A stretch of 64,000 nucleotides of DNA. Source: Paecilomyces variotii (lineage: Eukaryota). Positions 25,184-37,708 of the stretch are shown here, piece by piece. Both the position numbers and the translations under genes were made by a program. The first letter of the stretch is position 1. The number at the start of each line of letters is the position of its first letter. Below the pieces are notes generated by a model. That model was given only the letters and a program-made list of their open reading frames with translations, was not told the DNA's origin and made no database searches. The stretch is taken from assembly GCA_004022145.1 (NCBI GenBank), contig RCNU01000009.1. One strand, 5' to 3'.

Positions 25184-26410
25184 CTATGGGATTGTGCTGA
25201 AAGTGTAGGTGGCCCAGTTGACTGCCGGCCCCGACTCAGGAGAAAATTCCTGGTATGGCAACTGGCCCCATTGAGGGTTATTGATACCGTCGATCCAGCC
25301 CTCGGTCTCAATGACGAGACAACCGTGCTTGTTGACGAATTTGGCACCTCCATTGTTGCGCTTGATTTGCGATTCTTTGACGGGGATGGTACCGTTCTGG
25401 CCGTTACAAGCGTAGATCTGCAGAGCTTGCTGGTTCGTCGCAACTTCCAGGGCGATGCCTGTAGTGGAGGAGTTCATCTTGAGGACGGAAGCGATTGAGT
25501 CCGGAGCAGCGGTGGCTGGAGGACGGTCCACGATGAAGCAGTTGTCGTAGCCGTAGCAGCCTGTGCCACAGACGCCGTCGGAGTACTGGAGATCCTGGCC
25601 GACGAGCTTGCCTGAAGTGAAGTCCATCACGCCGTGATTGGATTGCGCAACATCTGCGATGGTTCCGTTCGGGATCAAGATGCCGTCAGTAGCGACGTAG
25701 CGCTGCGACAATGGCAGCTGCAGGAACGTGTCGTTGAGAATGGTCTCCTCCTTGAAAGCATTGAGGTTCCAGTAGATGTGGTTGGCCAGCATGATCGGTG
25801 TCTTCTCCGTGAGGGCGAGAGAAACCAGCTTGGTCGTCAGTCGCGGCAGGCCATCCGGGTTCTCTGGGGTACGGTCTGCATCCACGCTGAAGGTGGCATG
25901 AGTGATCACATCTCCAGGGAAATCTTCAAACCCAGAATCCAGCAAGGAAAAGGTAACCGTCGACTGAGAGGACGCTGTCACTGTCCAATTGCGCTGGTCA
26001 TAACCAACCGGACCGCCGTGCAGAGTGTCGATTCCACCATTCTCGTTCTCCGGGATGTGGTACTCTTTGGTGCCAATCTCGAAGGTCCCGTTCTTGATTC
26101 GGTTCGCATAACGACCTACGACCGCTCCAAAGAACGTATGGTTGGTCTCGGTGTCGTGGAGATACTCTTTCGGGTCATCGTAGCCGACCACGACGTCCTG
26201 CAGGTTACCAGAACGGTCTGGCACCAGCAAGGACGTCAGACGCGCACCATAAGGGATGAACTTCGCCGTGATATTGTCTGCAGAAATGGTGTAGACCTTG
26301 AAATCATCATCCGTGGTCGTTGTTGTTGTCGTCCTCTGTGACCCTGGAGCTGGGGTAGCCAGTGCTGGTAGCACTGACAATGCCACTGGCAGGTACTGTT
26401 TCATGTGCAT
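25184..26410 (-). CDS. Aldose 1-epimerase (galactose mutarotase-like), predicted secreted
   Basis: GAVVGRYANRIKNG, TLHGG, LANHIYWNL, GYDNCF and CLVIETE motifs; signal-peptide-like MHMKQYLPVALSVLPALA (start at 26410 or 26404). Confidence 0.92.
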   Translation of the reverse strand: MHMKQYLPVALSVLPALATPAPGSQRTTTTTTTDDDFKVYTISADNITAKFIPYGARLTSLLVPDRSGNLQDVVVGYDDPKEYLHDTETNHTFFGAVVGRYANRIKNGTFEIGTKEYHIPENENGGIDTLHGGPVGYDQRNWTVTASSQSTVTFSLLDSGFEDFPGDVITHATFSVDADRTPENPDGLPRLTTKLVSLALTEKTPIMLANHIYWNLNAFKEETILNDTFLQLPLSQRYVATDGILIPNGTIADVAQSNHGVMDFTSGKLVGQDLQYSDGVCGTGCYGYDNCFIVDRPPATAAPDSIASVLKMNSSTTGIALEVATNQQALQIYACNGQNGTIPVKESQIKRNNGGAKFVNKHGCLVIETEGWIDGINNPQWGQLPYQEFSPESGPAVNWATYTFSTIP

Positions 26411-26585
26411 CTTGAATCCAAAGGAGAAGGAGATGGTGATGAGAATCAGGCCATAGACTACGAGAAGACGAATCGACACCCGCGACGGACAGAGCAGAGA
26501 GCGACTTCCGGCCATCAGCCGGGACGCAGTTCCTTTATGAAGCATTTGCGCGAGCTATTCAGCCGGCATCACGCCCGACCTGCGG

Positions 26586-26601
26586 GCGGGGAAAGCTGGG
26601 G
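26586..26601. promoter_or_regulatory. Tandem CreA-type SYGGRG sites upstream of the aldose epimerase
   Basis: GCGGGG 26586-26591 and CTGGGG 26596-26601, ~180 nt upstream of the ATG. Confidence 0.35.
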
Positions 26602-27828
26602 TAAGATGGCTGCTAGCAGCTCGCCTGTTCCTTCTTGCGGGATAATCGAGAGCTCGTGGCGCAAAGGCTGGCTCTGTGTCTCCCTTGCGCAGAGCTAAAC
26701 AGCTCCAGCTGCCGTCGTCCAGGCAGTTCCGGAATGCGATCTCAGGTATGGTGATGTAACGCTGCGCTTGGTTCGAGAGTCAAGCTTCGCCGGCGCACAT
26801 GGCCAGCGTGTCTTCGTTGGATACGAGATCGTGTTGTGGCGCGCTGGATGCGGGGATGCTGGATGAATTCTCCAGTCGAGAGATCCGTGCTAGTTCTGTC
26901 TATCTATCCCCGATCGAACTTGACCGTGTGACAGAGGATTTGAGGCGCGAACAACCGCGACTCTTCGCAATAATTTCTCCGGACGTTCTGTCCCTGAGAG
27001 TGAACCAGGGACAGGATAGCGTCGACGCCGTCGCGCCACAGAGCGATATCAAGTCGCTTATAGGCCAAGTCTTGCGGGGAGAAACATCCACAGCGTCGAT
27101 CAACCGGAAGTGGGCAGGATGGGCGTGGACTCGTGGAGAGAAAGTACCAACCATACTCATGTCTCTGAAGTACCATAGTTATCGGCTTCTGAGGATGACT
27201 TGTCAGGTGAAATACAGTGTGCCACTTCCTACTTCTCCCTAGTATGAATCCCAGAATCCTAGAAACATCGCTTACTGAGGTCAGAGTGTTGTAGGGAGGG
27301 CACTACGACTACGCGATCCGTGATATGCCTACAGACCCCACCACGATGGCTTGAGAACGGCTTTCCAAGGCATTACCGCTGCTAGAATCCACCATCATGC
27401 TTTACTATGGACAATGAACTTTTTACCATCGTCTGCCCTTCTCTGAGAACATCCAAATACCATAATCCACCACTTCCGGATGCGGTTAAAGTGGCGGCTG
27501 TCACGGGAACGGCAGCGGACCGGATAAACGTATCCCCCATCAGCTTATATAAGCGCAACACGCCGCCGGTCGGCATCGCGGACTGCCTGATCGGGATAGT
27601 TGTTTATGTTGTTCACCCTCGTGCGATTCGAATGCCCCGCGAAGAATGGCTGTCTTGTCCGTCAACAGCGCTCTCTAACGCCATTGGGATGGAACTCAGC
27701 GTCTGCGCGGCAAGGGCAATCTCCCAGAATCGCGCGTTGCTCCACCGCTTTCCAAGCGCGGCAACTTCGACCCATTATTCTGACCTTTTGCGACTTGATC
27801 TCGCAGCTCTGCCTGGCGCTCATTCGCA

Positions 27829-30800
27829 ATGACATCGCGCGACCCCAGCTCCTCCCCGGACATTTTGGGGCCTCCAGGAGATGCCGCCTATCTGATCTCC
27901 TCTCCGATGAAACCGTTTGCTGGGCGACAGAGCTGGCTGTCACCCGCTGTATTCAAAACACCGCGCAAGAGGCCGCGCACTAGCCTCAGTCCCAGCAAAG
28001 CTTCACATTCCATCCAGTTCGACGACATCATCTTGCCAGGATCGCCTACAATGAACATTGATGGCCGTCAGCGGTCCATTTCGCCCAGCAAGTTACAGTC
28101 CGAAGGCAACCTAAGTCCGTGGAGGATCCGGGTCACCGTTCAGGCAGAACAAGAAGACCAGATGAACAACGGGGGTTCTCCGCGCAGGAGGTTGTTGACT
28201 CCGGGGGCGAAGACGATGAAGGTGCCGCTGAAGGACGATTCTGGGATCTGGGAGCCTTCCCCCAAGAGAAGAAGAGGCCGGCCGCGCAAGTCTGATATCC
28301 AGGATGGGTTGGTGACTCCCAGAAAAGGCACTCCTGCGCCGGTCAAGGGGAGTCCTGGCTACACACCAGGACCGGCCACGACGGGAAATACGGAAAAGAG
28401 AAAAAGGGGTCGACCAAGGAAGAGTCTCCCGGACCAGAGTGTGGTGGAAAGTGTCGAGACAGATCGCTTTCAGACGGTAACAGAAAATAGTCAGACACCA
28501 CCGCCGGAGAATCCTCTCGATCTTGCTGCCGACGGTATTTCTGACGATGACGATGGTTATGATGATATATGGAACCCAAGCGGACTGGGCCATTCCGAAG
28601 AACCTGACCCTTCGAATTTCGGCCACTCCCCAACATCCCCAGAAAGGCAACCATACAGTTCACCAGATCGTGATCCCACAGAAACGACGCAAACTACAAA
28701 TATTCCGACAGCGTCAAGCCCCGCCAAAGAACACACGTCTCCCTGGCGAGATCATCCCGATGCAGCCTCCCCGAACCATACGCAACATGCAGGACATACC
28801 CCAAGACCGCATCGCATATATCCCACACCTACCTCTTCATCCGTAGTTGAAGAGGAGAGTTCGACGACACAAAAAAGAAGTCCACCAAAAGAAATTCGCC
28901 ACGAGGAACCAGCCGAGAATTTACCGGACCCGACGGACGAGCATAGAGAATTCGATACCATCATAGAAAGTGAGGGGTTCAGCATGGTCTCACTAGACAC
29001 TTTGCCTTCAGCAAAGCAACTCGCGTTGAATTCCAGTACGAATGTACCGAAAGGGGCGCTAAAACCCTTCTTCAACCGACAAAGCGGGAATGGTTCAGAA
29101 AAGAAACCAAGAGTCTCATTTGACTCTCACGCTGCCGTCCTCGAGGTCGATTCCTCCAGCTCTCACCGAAACCAGTCAACACCAGAACGAGTTCCAGTCA
29201 AGGATATGTCGCCGCCCACGTCCTCGAATGGCAGCAATCATCAGACTACCGCCGTCGAACAAACGCCCGCGGTTCAAGATTCAACTTCAAAGCTTCCTAC
29301 TCCTGCTCCAGCTGGCCGCTCAGCTGAGGAGGAACTTGCCAAGACGAGGAGAGAAGCAGAAGTGAGACGGGAGAACGAGGATGAGCTCCGTAGGTTGGAA
29401 TTGGAAGAAGAAGACGACGAAGGAGTAGATATGGTGATGACCGAAACCAGGCCGGAGAGCTCACCGGCACGGACGCCATACTCGATGCGCGAGGACGCTT
29501 CCAATGCTGAACAGACAGCCTCAGTGGCCTTGTCACAACGCCAGGCGGAGTGGCAGCGCGAAAGAGAGGCGGTCAGCCGAGAGATTCAGTCGGCAAATGC
29601 AAATCGAATAATCGTAATCGAGGATGATACGGACGCTCAGCAACTGTCCGAAAATGACGACGAACAGCAGTCAGAGGAGGATGCCTCGGAAGGAGATTAC
29701 GACATATGGCAAGAGGAAGCCAACCTCTCTCATTCCCACCTTTCTTCTCGCTCTAACTCACGGGAAAACGGATCATCCCACCCACGTCAGAGAGATTCTA
29801 GTCCTTGGAAGGGAGATGAAGTCGTTGACCAAGGCGATAGCGTCGACATTCCCCCGGCTCCTTGGGAAAGACAGCAAGGCGACATGCCCTATTTGGGTAA
29901 ATCACGGTTGGGTCGACTGAGAGAAGAGGAGGTTGATCTGTCCGTCCTTCTCCAGAAAAGAAACAGCCCGAACACGCGGAAATACTACGGCTATAGCAGT
30001 CCTCAAACCAACGCGAGTCAGCACGTACCGTCTTCTGCCGCTCGCACTTCCGCTACATCAAAGTCGCGCTTAGCGACAAGCAGTCCGCGTGCCGATCCGA
30101 GTTCTCCTGTACGGTCAAGGGTCAGCAAAAGTTCCCCGCAAGTCTTTGATGGTCCGCGGTCTGGACAAGAAATCCAGCCAGAGAATAGTCCAGCCCGAAG
30201 TCTTAGCCAGTCCAATCATGACTCTATTCCGCAGTGGAATGAAGATCATGATACTGATGGAGACCATATTATGGACCATGATCTGGAAAGTGAGCAAGGA
30301 CAACAGGAGATGGTAATCCCTGGTGGACATACAGACGCAATGCACCAGTCTCCCTCGATTCATGAACGTTCGGCCCTAACCCCGCCTCCCGAGCAACAAG
30401 AAAATACTGCGGCTGCATCAAGGTCATGGTTCCGAAGACTGTCGACTTTCACTCCAGGCTGGTGGGGATCGGCAAGCCCTGGAAAGGAGCAGGTATCCCG
30501 AGCAGGAATAGAAGAGAGGGAAAGGGAGCAGGAAGAGGCAGAAGAAGAGGAAGGGCGAGGAGATGAGGAGAACTGGGACGATGTCCCTAATCAATTGCCC
30601 CAGTCTCAAGACGCTCCGGTTCGCGGAGAAGTCGAATATCCCAGCCTGCCTCAATCTCCTGGCGTGCAGTCAGCAAGAACGGAACGCACATACAGGCAGT
30701 CACTACAGCGGAAACCGTTGTCTGTATCTGGATATTTCACCAACGACCACTATAGGGCCCTGTACCGCCTTTACCGTCTGGCTAAGCGGTCGCCTGAGCT

Positions 30801-31110
30801 GTTCCCATATTATCCTAACGAGGAGAGAACTGAAATCATTGGCGACTGGCTCTGGACCGCGGATGGTGATTACGGGCTTCCAGTGACGGAGCTGCAGTTT
30901 GCTATCATCGATAAGTTTGTCGATGAGCTTGCTGAAGCAGACATCCGGAACGGTGGCTCAGGTGAGATCGGCTGGTCCGAGGAGGAGCTCCACAAGAGGC
31001 TGTTCAGCATTATCGTTGGCGAACAGATCAGAAAGGATCGCAAGGCCGTGGCACAAGAGGCGGCTGCAGCTTATACTCAAGCGTCATCGCGGCCAAGGTA
31101 CCGGTCATGA
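27829..31110 (+). CDS. AT-hook DNA-binding protein (large, mostly disordered), 1093 aa
   Basis: Uninterrupted 3.3 kb ORF with two AT-hooks (KRRRGRPRK, KRKRGRPRK), conserved-looking blocks SPWRIRVTVQAE and EFDTIIESEGFSMVSL, and a C-terminal globular block ending KRLFSIIVGEQIR. Confidence 0.85.
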   Translation: MTSRDPSSSPDILGPPGDAAYLISSPMKPFAGRQSWLSPAVFKTPRKRPRTSLSPSKASHSIQFDDIILPGSPTMNIDGRQRSISPSKLQSEGNLSPWRIRVTVQAEQEDQMNNGGSPRRRLLTPGAKTMKVPLKDDSGIWEPSPKRRRGRPRKSDIQDGLVTPRKGTPAPVKGSPGYTPGPATTGNTEKRKRGRPRKSLPDQSVVESVETDRFQTVTENSQTPPPENPLDLAADGISDDDDGYDDIWNPSGLGHSEEPDPSNFGHSPTSPERQPYSSPDRDPTETTQTTNIPTASSPAKEHTSPWRDHPDAASPNHTQHAGHTPRPHRIYPTPTSSSVVEEESSTTQKRSPPKEIRHEEPAENLPDPTDEHREFDTIIESEGFSMVSLDTLPSAKQLALNSSTNVPKGALKPFFNRQSGNGSEKKPRVSFDSHAAVLEVDSSSSHRNQSTPERVPVKDMSPPTSSNGSNHQTTAVEQTPAVQDSTSKLPTPAPAGRSAEEELAKTRREAEVRRENEDELRRLELEEEDDEGVDMVMTETRPESSPARTPYSMREDASNAEQTASVALSQRQAEWQREREAVSREIQSANANRIIVIEDDTDAQQLSENDDEQQSEEDASEGDYDIWQEEANLSHSHLSSRSNSRENGSSHPRQRDSSPWKGDEVVDQGDSVDIPPAPWERQQGDMPYLGKSRLGRLREEEVDLSVLLQKRNSPNTRKYYGYSSPQTNASQHVPSSAARTSATSKSRLATSSPRADPSSPVRSRVSKSSPQVFDGPRSGQEIQPENSPARSLSQSNHDSIPQWNEDHDTDGDHIMDHDLESEQGQQEMVIPGGHTDAMHQSPSIHERSALTPPPEQQENTAAASRSWFRRLSTFTPGWWGSASPGKEQVSRAGIEEREREQEEAEEEEGRGDEENWDDVPNQLPQSQDAPVRGEVEYPSLPQSPGVQSARTERTYRQSLQRKPLSVSGYFTNDHYRALYRLYRLAKRSPELFPYYPNEERTEIIGDWLWTADGDYGLPVTELQFAIIDKFVDELAEADIRNGGSGEIGWSEEELHKRLFSIIVGEQIRKDRKAVAQEAAAAYTQASSRPRYRS

Positions 31111-32567
31111 GCTTCATTTCTCGTATATCGTAGCACTTCTTTTCTGGATTACGGTCGACAGTGTTGTGAAAATGCAGTCGTGATACACATTTTGGACCTT
31201 ATTGACACCACTTCGATACGGTTTTTGTTTCTACCTTTTCTCCGTTTCTGTGGTGGATGCTTGTCTTACGGATATTCGGTGTTTTGGTAATCGTGCAGGG
31301 GTCATTGATGGGTTGGCATCTGTGAGATTCCCTCTGACCTGTCGGGTTCGCATTTGGGCGAATTTTGTCTTTTCTTGAGCGAAGTTATGTTCTGGTTTCT
31401 CCGGCGGCAGCGGGCGACTTGGTTATATACGGTCACTGTACGAGGAAGCCCCAGCAGCCGCGGCTTGTGTTACGTTTGCACACATACCATATACCCTTTG
31501 AAACTTATGAAATGGTTTTGTACATCATTATTTACGGATTCGGATTTTCTATCTTGGATATGGCCCGCATATGATTCTCTTGCGTAAATAGGCGTGGCCA
31601 TAATAGCCTCTGTAAAAAGGACCACACTACTACAGCCGTGTCCAATGTCTGAGAACAACGCAATATATTCTGTAAGAGGTATCCAACCACTGCTGCCGCC
31701 ATTGCTGTCAAATTAGCTTGGTTATCTCGACCCGTTAGATCTGCGCCTGTCGTTATAATATAACATGTGATAGTCAATCCATACTTATACTTAGCAAAAG
31801 TTTTGCGAAAAAGAAAAGAAAAGTAACTTACCATCTTCATATTAATATCAATATCAATATCAAAAATGGCAAATGGCAATTGGCTCCCCATCCCCCACTA
31901 CTACTTACTCATGTACTTACCCGCTCGCATACCCCCATAGTTAATTAAGTAGTTAGAACCTTTCGAACCCGATCCGATCTCCCCACGCTATGGTGATAAG
32001 TAGATTCAGGATACGAGGTAGGTAGCTAGCTAGCTAGTTGTTTACATAAATACACATAAATAGTTACCATACGATTAATTAAGTAAGTAATAGTAGAGAT
32101 TAACTAAGTAATTCATACTTAGCAAGAGAACGGGGAGCCAGGTATCATCTCAGAATTTACATATGAAAACTACGCTATCGAGACTGACATGTACTGTAGA
32201 ACAAGGGTCTTGGATGGAAAGAATAACAATAGAATGAAACCTAATAAGTGCAAGGTCTGTAATATGTCGCAATACATGGCTAACTGCTTTGACTAGATAG
32301 ATGGAGTTGAACGAAAAAATGAGATTCTAAGATACAGCAATGCTGTCAGTCCGCTCAATGAGCACGCGCGTAGGTTATCAACATGAATATGCAAATGTTG
32401 TACAGAGTATATCTCTGCATAATGAAGGAACGCCAGAACGCCATCTGGTTGTTCCCACCCTTCCTGACCTGACCTGTCCTGTCCTGTCCTATGTATAAGA
32501 GATCCACATAATGAGCTTATATCTGATGTATCCACGAAGCTGTGGATAAGTACCGAGGCGACTTCAG

Positions 32568-34264
32568 CTATCCCCGATTTCTCTTCGTGCGTTCATTACC
32601 GGTGGTGAGCATCTCATTGGCACCGTTTTTCGTGCTATTTTTCAATGGGTACAGATGGATGCCCATCTCGGTAGGGAAGTCGGGATGTAGTAGGCTGAAC
32701 CGATCAGGGTTCTGCGGGATGCCGCCAATCTCCTCAGGAGGAGGCTCGACAAGCTGTTCGATAAGCCCCTTATCGATCCAGCTGGGAGGCTTCGCCTGAA
32801 GGCGTTCCATGCGAGCACAATCGTCGTCAATCTCTTCGTTCATCAGAGGCGGCAGTGGCGGTGCAGTGCCATTGGGTCGCGCGTGGTAGTTGGCGAGGAT
32901 GTGGTACGGCAGGTTTGGCCGAGTAGCCGGCTTATCGGACAGTTCACTCAGCACACTGAGGCCCGTATTGCCGTGTGTCCGGGTTGACCGGGTGGCGTGG
33001 AAATTCTGGCTCGCCGTTCGGACCATGTCGGTTGCAGGGGTGCCATTGTCCTCTTGTCCAGTACCTTCAACACCCGACATATCTTCAGCCTCGGTGTTGT
33101 TACCATTGGTGGCACTACCTGAGCCCTGATCGGTGCGCTTGGAGGTGGAGAAGAAATGGACGGTCGCGATATGGGCTATGTTGGCATGAGCCGTCAGCTC
33201 CTTATCTGTAAAGAGCGTGTGGATGTTGTATGTCGGCGCATGCTGATGCTTCTCCAAAGAAGCCTTCGCCCTCTCCGCCGGATTTGAATGGTTTCCATCT
33301 CTGACTGGAGACCCAATGTCATCTTCGAGCGGAGCTTTCCTCTTTCTCTTGCTGAGGGACTCTGAAAGAATGCCATTGCCCAGCTCATCAAGGTCGACAC
33401 GGTGTCTCGTGTGCCTTGTCTTACGATTGCTATGGATACCACCGGGACTGGCTGGGTTGGTGATGCTGAATTGGTTCGGGTGAAGGAGAAGGGCGTTGGT
33501 GTCTGCGATGTCTAGCTGCTCCTTTTCCCGCATCAAGCGAGCCTTTTTCCCGGAAATGGCTTGTACCAGACGCTCACGGAGAGTGGACGAGAGATGGTTG
33601 TATTCTTCTCCGGCGAAATGAACTCTGAATGCATATTCGCGTTTATAGCGCTCGAGTGTGTTTTGGTGACGACTCTATATCACCAGATCAGAACACAAAT
33701 TAGCGCACTGTCCAGACCAAGCCAGCAGGTGCCAGGAAACCGAACACGAGAGTAAGAGCGTAGAGAAAAAAAAAAAAAAAAGCCAAAAGCCGGCTTGAAT
33801 GAGCGAGACCATGGGAGTTGACTTACCACTAGCAGTGCCAATTCTGCATCTGTCTCCTCCTTAACCTGATTGATCTCCTGGACGAATCGCGCGTACCAGG
33901 TTCCTGCAACACTGGCCATCTCCTTCCCAAATTTGCCTCCACCAACAGTATTTTCAATCAACCGGGCAATTTCCTCTGGGGAATCGGGCAGCGGTCCAGG
34001 AGTGTATGGATCGGCATTATTGATCAGGGTCATATCACACTGCAGCGCATGGAGTTGCTGGCGAAACTGGGCGTCTCGGTTCTGGCTGAACGAGGCCGTC
34101 AGATCCTGCAGACGCTCCTGGAGCGCAGTGCGTCGCTTGTCCCGTTTGGACAAAGGAGGATTCGTCGGTGGACTCATCGATCGGCCTCTTGCATTCATGC
34201 TGCCTGCCACAGGTTGACCTATTGCGCCTGCAGTGGGTGACACTGGCGCAGGAGAGTATGCCAT
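32568..34264 (-). CDS. SDS3: Sds3-like subunit of the Rpd3L/Sin3 HDAC complex; exons 34264-33827, 33674-32568
   Basis: SKRDKRR...F..NRD..FRQQL..LQCDM and LRERL...KKARLMREKEQLDIAD coiled coil; GT-AG intron 33675-33826 keeps frame. Confidence 0.85.
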
Positions 34265-35092
34265 GGTCGGCAGAGTGCGCGGGCCAGTCGCAATGGGCAG
34301 GTAGACTTTCTCTTCACAGGAACGAAGTAGGTTGGGAGCAAAAGACGGGGGACGTGCCAGGAGCACGGCAAGACAACTATAGAGATTCAGGCATAGGCGA
34401 AATAGAGCAGAAATGAACAGTAGTCTTTCATCCAGAGGAGCAGAAAGTGGGAGGAGATAAATGCGTCCGATGACGCCGGGGAAGGAGGAGAGCAGCAGCG
34501 CGGAGGGAGAAGTCGGCCACCGTACAGTGTAGATGCTGTTTGTGTTGTTTGTCTTTCTATCTCGGATCGGCTTAGTCTCGGAGATAACTTAGATATTCTT
34601 ATTTCTATTTAATATTATTTCTATATCATTCAGACCACTCTGAGTCAACCATACAGTCGAATAACACCAGATAACACCAGATATCACCAGACACGCGATT
34701 GATGGACTTCTTTCGTTACTTTAGCTTCGATGATCAATGTCTTCTTACACACAAGTTCAGTGTGGAATCCAAATGCAAGTGTAAGTGCAAGTGTAACTAG
34801 TCATGTCTTTCTTTTCACTAGTAATGAGTTCATAGTTTCGCTATAGCAGAACACGTTGGGTATTAAGATCCAAACTTGCAAGCAAGGTGCAACAGGACAC
34901 CCGTCCCCAGAGAGAATACATCCGTACGCCAAACATCCCGAAGCGCCTCCCAGCCAGAACCCATCGTGCTCTCTCTTTGTTTTTTGCTAGAACCAAATAA
35001 AATAAAAGACAAGAAAAAAGAAAATTGGGCAGTAAGCAACCCATGCATTTCCATTTCCCACCAGAGATATTGTCATCTCCCACCGGGGTTGG

Positions 35093-36969
35093 TTAGCGCG
35101 ACCGTCGAATGACAAAGACGCCCAATTCGACACCATCGCGGGGTCCGCCATCTCCGTATGGCCGTCTCTTGATGCCATCGAAGATCTCGCCGAGCAGCAT
35201 GGCCGACGTAACCTCCTTATCGGCCAGGGTGCGGTTCGACGCGGATAATGCCTTGTTGACGGGGAGTCGCTGTCCATTCCGCCAATAGATATTCAGCACT
35301 TCCTTCATCCGCGCCCGTTCTTGCTGGATGTACCACTCCGCCCACAAATTGCGATCGAGGTGCGCCGTCCCCCGCTCCGCATCGACCAGCGTGTATTTGG
35401 ACGAGGGGTTGCTTATCGACTGACACAGCAAGTTGATGTTGCTCTTCATCGACTCGAAATCATCCATCTGGGCAGGAGACCCGAATTTACCCAGGTATCG
35501 CCCCACGTCCGCAGACAGCTCGTTGACGACCACCATCTGGCGCAGCAGCGGATCCAGGATCGGCCCGAGATACTGCGTCTTGAACGACTGGGCACCTTTC
35601 TTCGTTGGGTATATGAGCAGGAGACTGCCTCCGCAGGGCGACAGTTCCTTCAATCGATCGACCAGAACAGAAGGGCGATCGGGACAGAAGAAGTCCTTGT
35701 ACTCTTGGATCGATGAGGGCGGTAGATATCGCTCTACGATCGCAAGATGGACACTATGTGGGGGAACGATGGGGTAGGAGGTCCGTGATGATTGAAGAGG
35801 GCCTCTGAAGTCGTGGTAGGCGGGGACGGGCGTGGCACTGGAGAAAACGGTAGACTGGAAGTAATCATCGCCGCCAAAGGCCATGCTGGGAGTACTTGGT
35901 GGCGAACTGGGCAGATTCGATAAACTGAACTGCTCTGGTACGGCATGGGTGATGTTGATATAGGGTGACTGTCCCGGTCGTAACCGGTTTTGGATGGCCT
36001 GGACCACGGAACAGAATACGGAATCCCGCGTTGGTAGGGCGACAGACTTGTCTGCTGCTCGCGGGTATGGAAGAGTTTGAGATACGATCTTCACGGCCTC
36101 CCCTAGGATATTCGAGACGGGCAAGGACGAGACTGCACGCATGTCAGACACATTGTTCAAGTGATTGATCGTGATTGATCGACGCGAGGGCTACCAAACT
36201 TACTTGCAGCATCGATACCATTCTGCAGCCAGCTATCACTGTTCTCATGGTCCTGCATTTTATCGTCTGTTGGGCTCAGATTCATCTCATTTGGGTTCCC
36301 GATCGAGTGACGGTCCGATGAGCCACAGGAACTGTCCATGCCATCCGAACTCGAACTACTCTTGCGGTCCCGACTGTCGTGCATGTGAGCCATAGGCTTT
36401 GGCTCTCGGTTCAGGTGTACATCAAGCATGGGGATATCAGCACGTGGATTCCAGCCCACGTTATCGTCATCATCCGCCGGCGGAGTCAACGGTAAGCTCG
36501 AGGAGTAATCGTCCTCTGAGGCAATGGGTCTGTGACCAGAAGAGGAACCGTGGAACGAGGCGCACAATGGAGCCGACGCATTCACCCTGAGCGACGGTCG
36601 ACTGGTGATCCCCAAACTATCAAAGGGGGGCAGCTGCAGCGGAAGGCTTCCTTTAGCAAGAAAGCGAGAGACGGCGGACGGGCCGGACCGGAGGGAGCCC
36701 TGCGATGCCCGCCGCCTGAGTCGGGGCGACGTGGAGGTAGCGGAGAGGGAGGAGGATTCCCCGAATTGGTATATCTTGGTCTTCTGGAACAGGGCCGGGT
36801 GTCTCCCGGCAGCGTGGTGGTTGTCCGATGTTGTAACCGCCTGCCGCGAGGAATGAGCTTCAGCTCGCGCGTCTGGTCCCAAGGTGGTGGATGATGGCGG
36901 GCGCATGATCACATCATTATCTGGGGCCGGTGTGGGCTGCTGCAGACCAGTATAGGCCTGATGATTCAT
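35093..36969 (-). CDS. Conserved-looking fungal protein of unknown function (~601 aa); exons 36969-36204, 36132-35093
   Basis: GT-AG intron 36133-36203 joins two long ORFs in frame. Disordered N-half and a globular C-half (ERYLPP, LVDRLKELSP, LIYPT, YLGPILDPLLR, GVELGVFVIRR). Start codon uncertain. Confidence 0.8.
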
Positions 36970-37686
36970 CCAGTTTGCTGTCTGGATTTTGCGTCCTCCG
37001 CCGTCGATGTCCTCTGCTGGTCACAGACTGTGACGATAACAAGACGGACGAGGGTTGACGGAGGTTTGAGAGGTGTTGTGAAGGGTGGGATTGATCGTGC
37101 GATGAACTTTCAACTAAATTGAGGTAGAAGGGCTGGAAGATGGAGGATGGACCGGCTGTCTGTTCCAGATATTCCTCCGAGGGCTCCCCGAGTCGAGAGA
37201 AGGAAGCAGAAAGAGCGAGATGCGGGCCGTCTGCTGGGGCTGGACCTGCTGGAGATCCTCCACACACTATAGACGGACTAGGCACAACGAAGCGCCCTTA
37301 GCCTCATGGGACGATATGCGCGCGCAGAACCCGTGTGGTGCAGGATGAGAACGGAGAGTGAGGATAACGGGGATGAGGGAGTGCCGTTGGACGGGGAACA
37401 ACGGTCAGGAGATGAGTCGAGCAGGAGCTGACTATCTATCTAGGGATCTGCAAAAGGAGAGAATTAAGGAGAGGAGAAGAGGAAGAGAAGTAATAGACAG
37501 ACAGACAGACAGAGAGACAGACAGCAGTTCAGATCGACTAATAACTCATAAGAAATGAGTTCGGGGATGGGCAAGGCAATTCCAGCGTTCTAGACCAACT
37601 CGACCTGACAGGGACGCAGTGGGGGGCGGCTTGGTTTAGTTTAGTTGGTTCACTTTAGTTAGCTGAGTTGGCGGGTCGACAAAAGT

Positions 37687-37708
37687 GAGAGAGAGAGAGA
37701 GAGAGAGA
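37687..37708 (+). repeat. (GA)11 microsatellite within a cluster of short tandem repeats at 37495-37970 ((ACAG)n, (GATT)n, (ACTCG)n)
   Basis: Read directly from the sequence. Confidence 0.9.

Noticed and set aside
26620..27242. ORF 26799-27242 and gene-like minus-strand fragments
   Set aside because: Could be a relic, but I could not recognise any family motif or consistent frame
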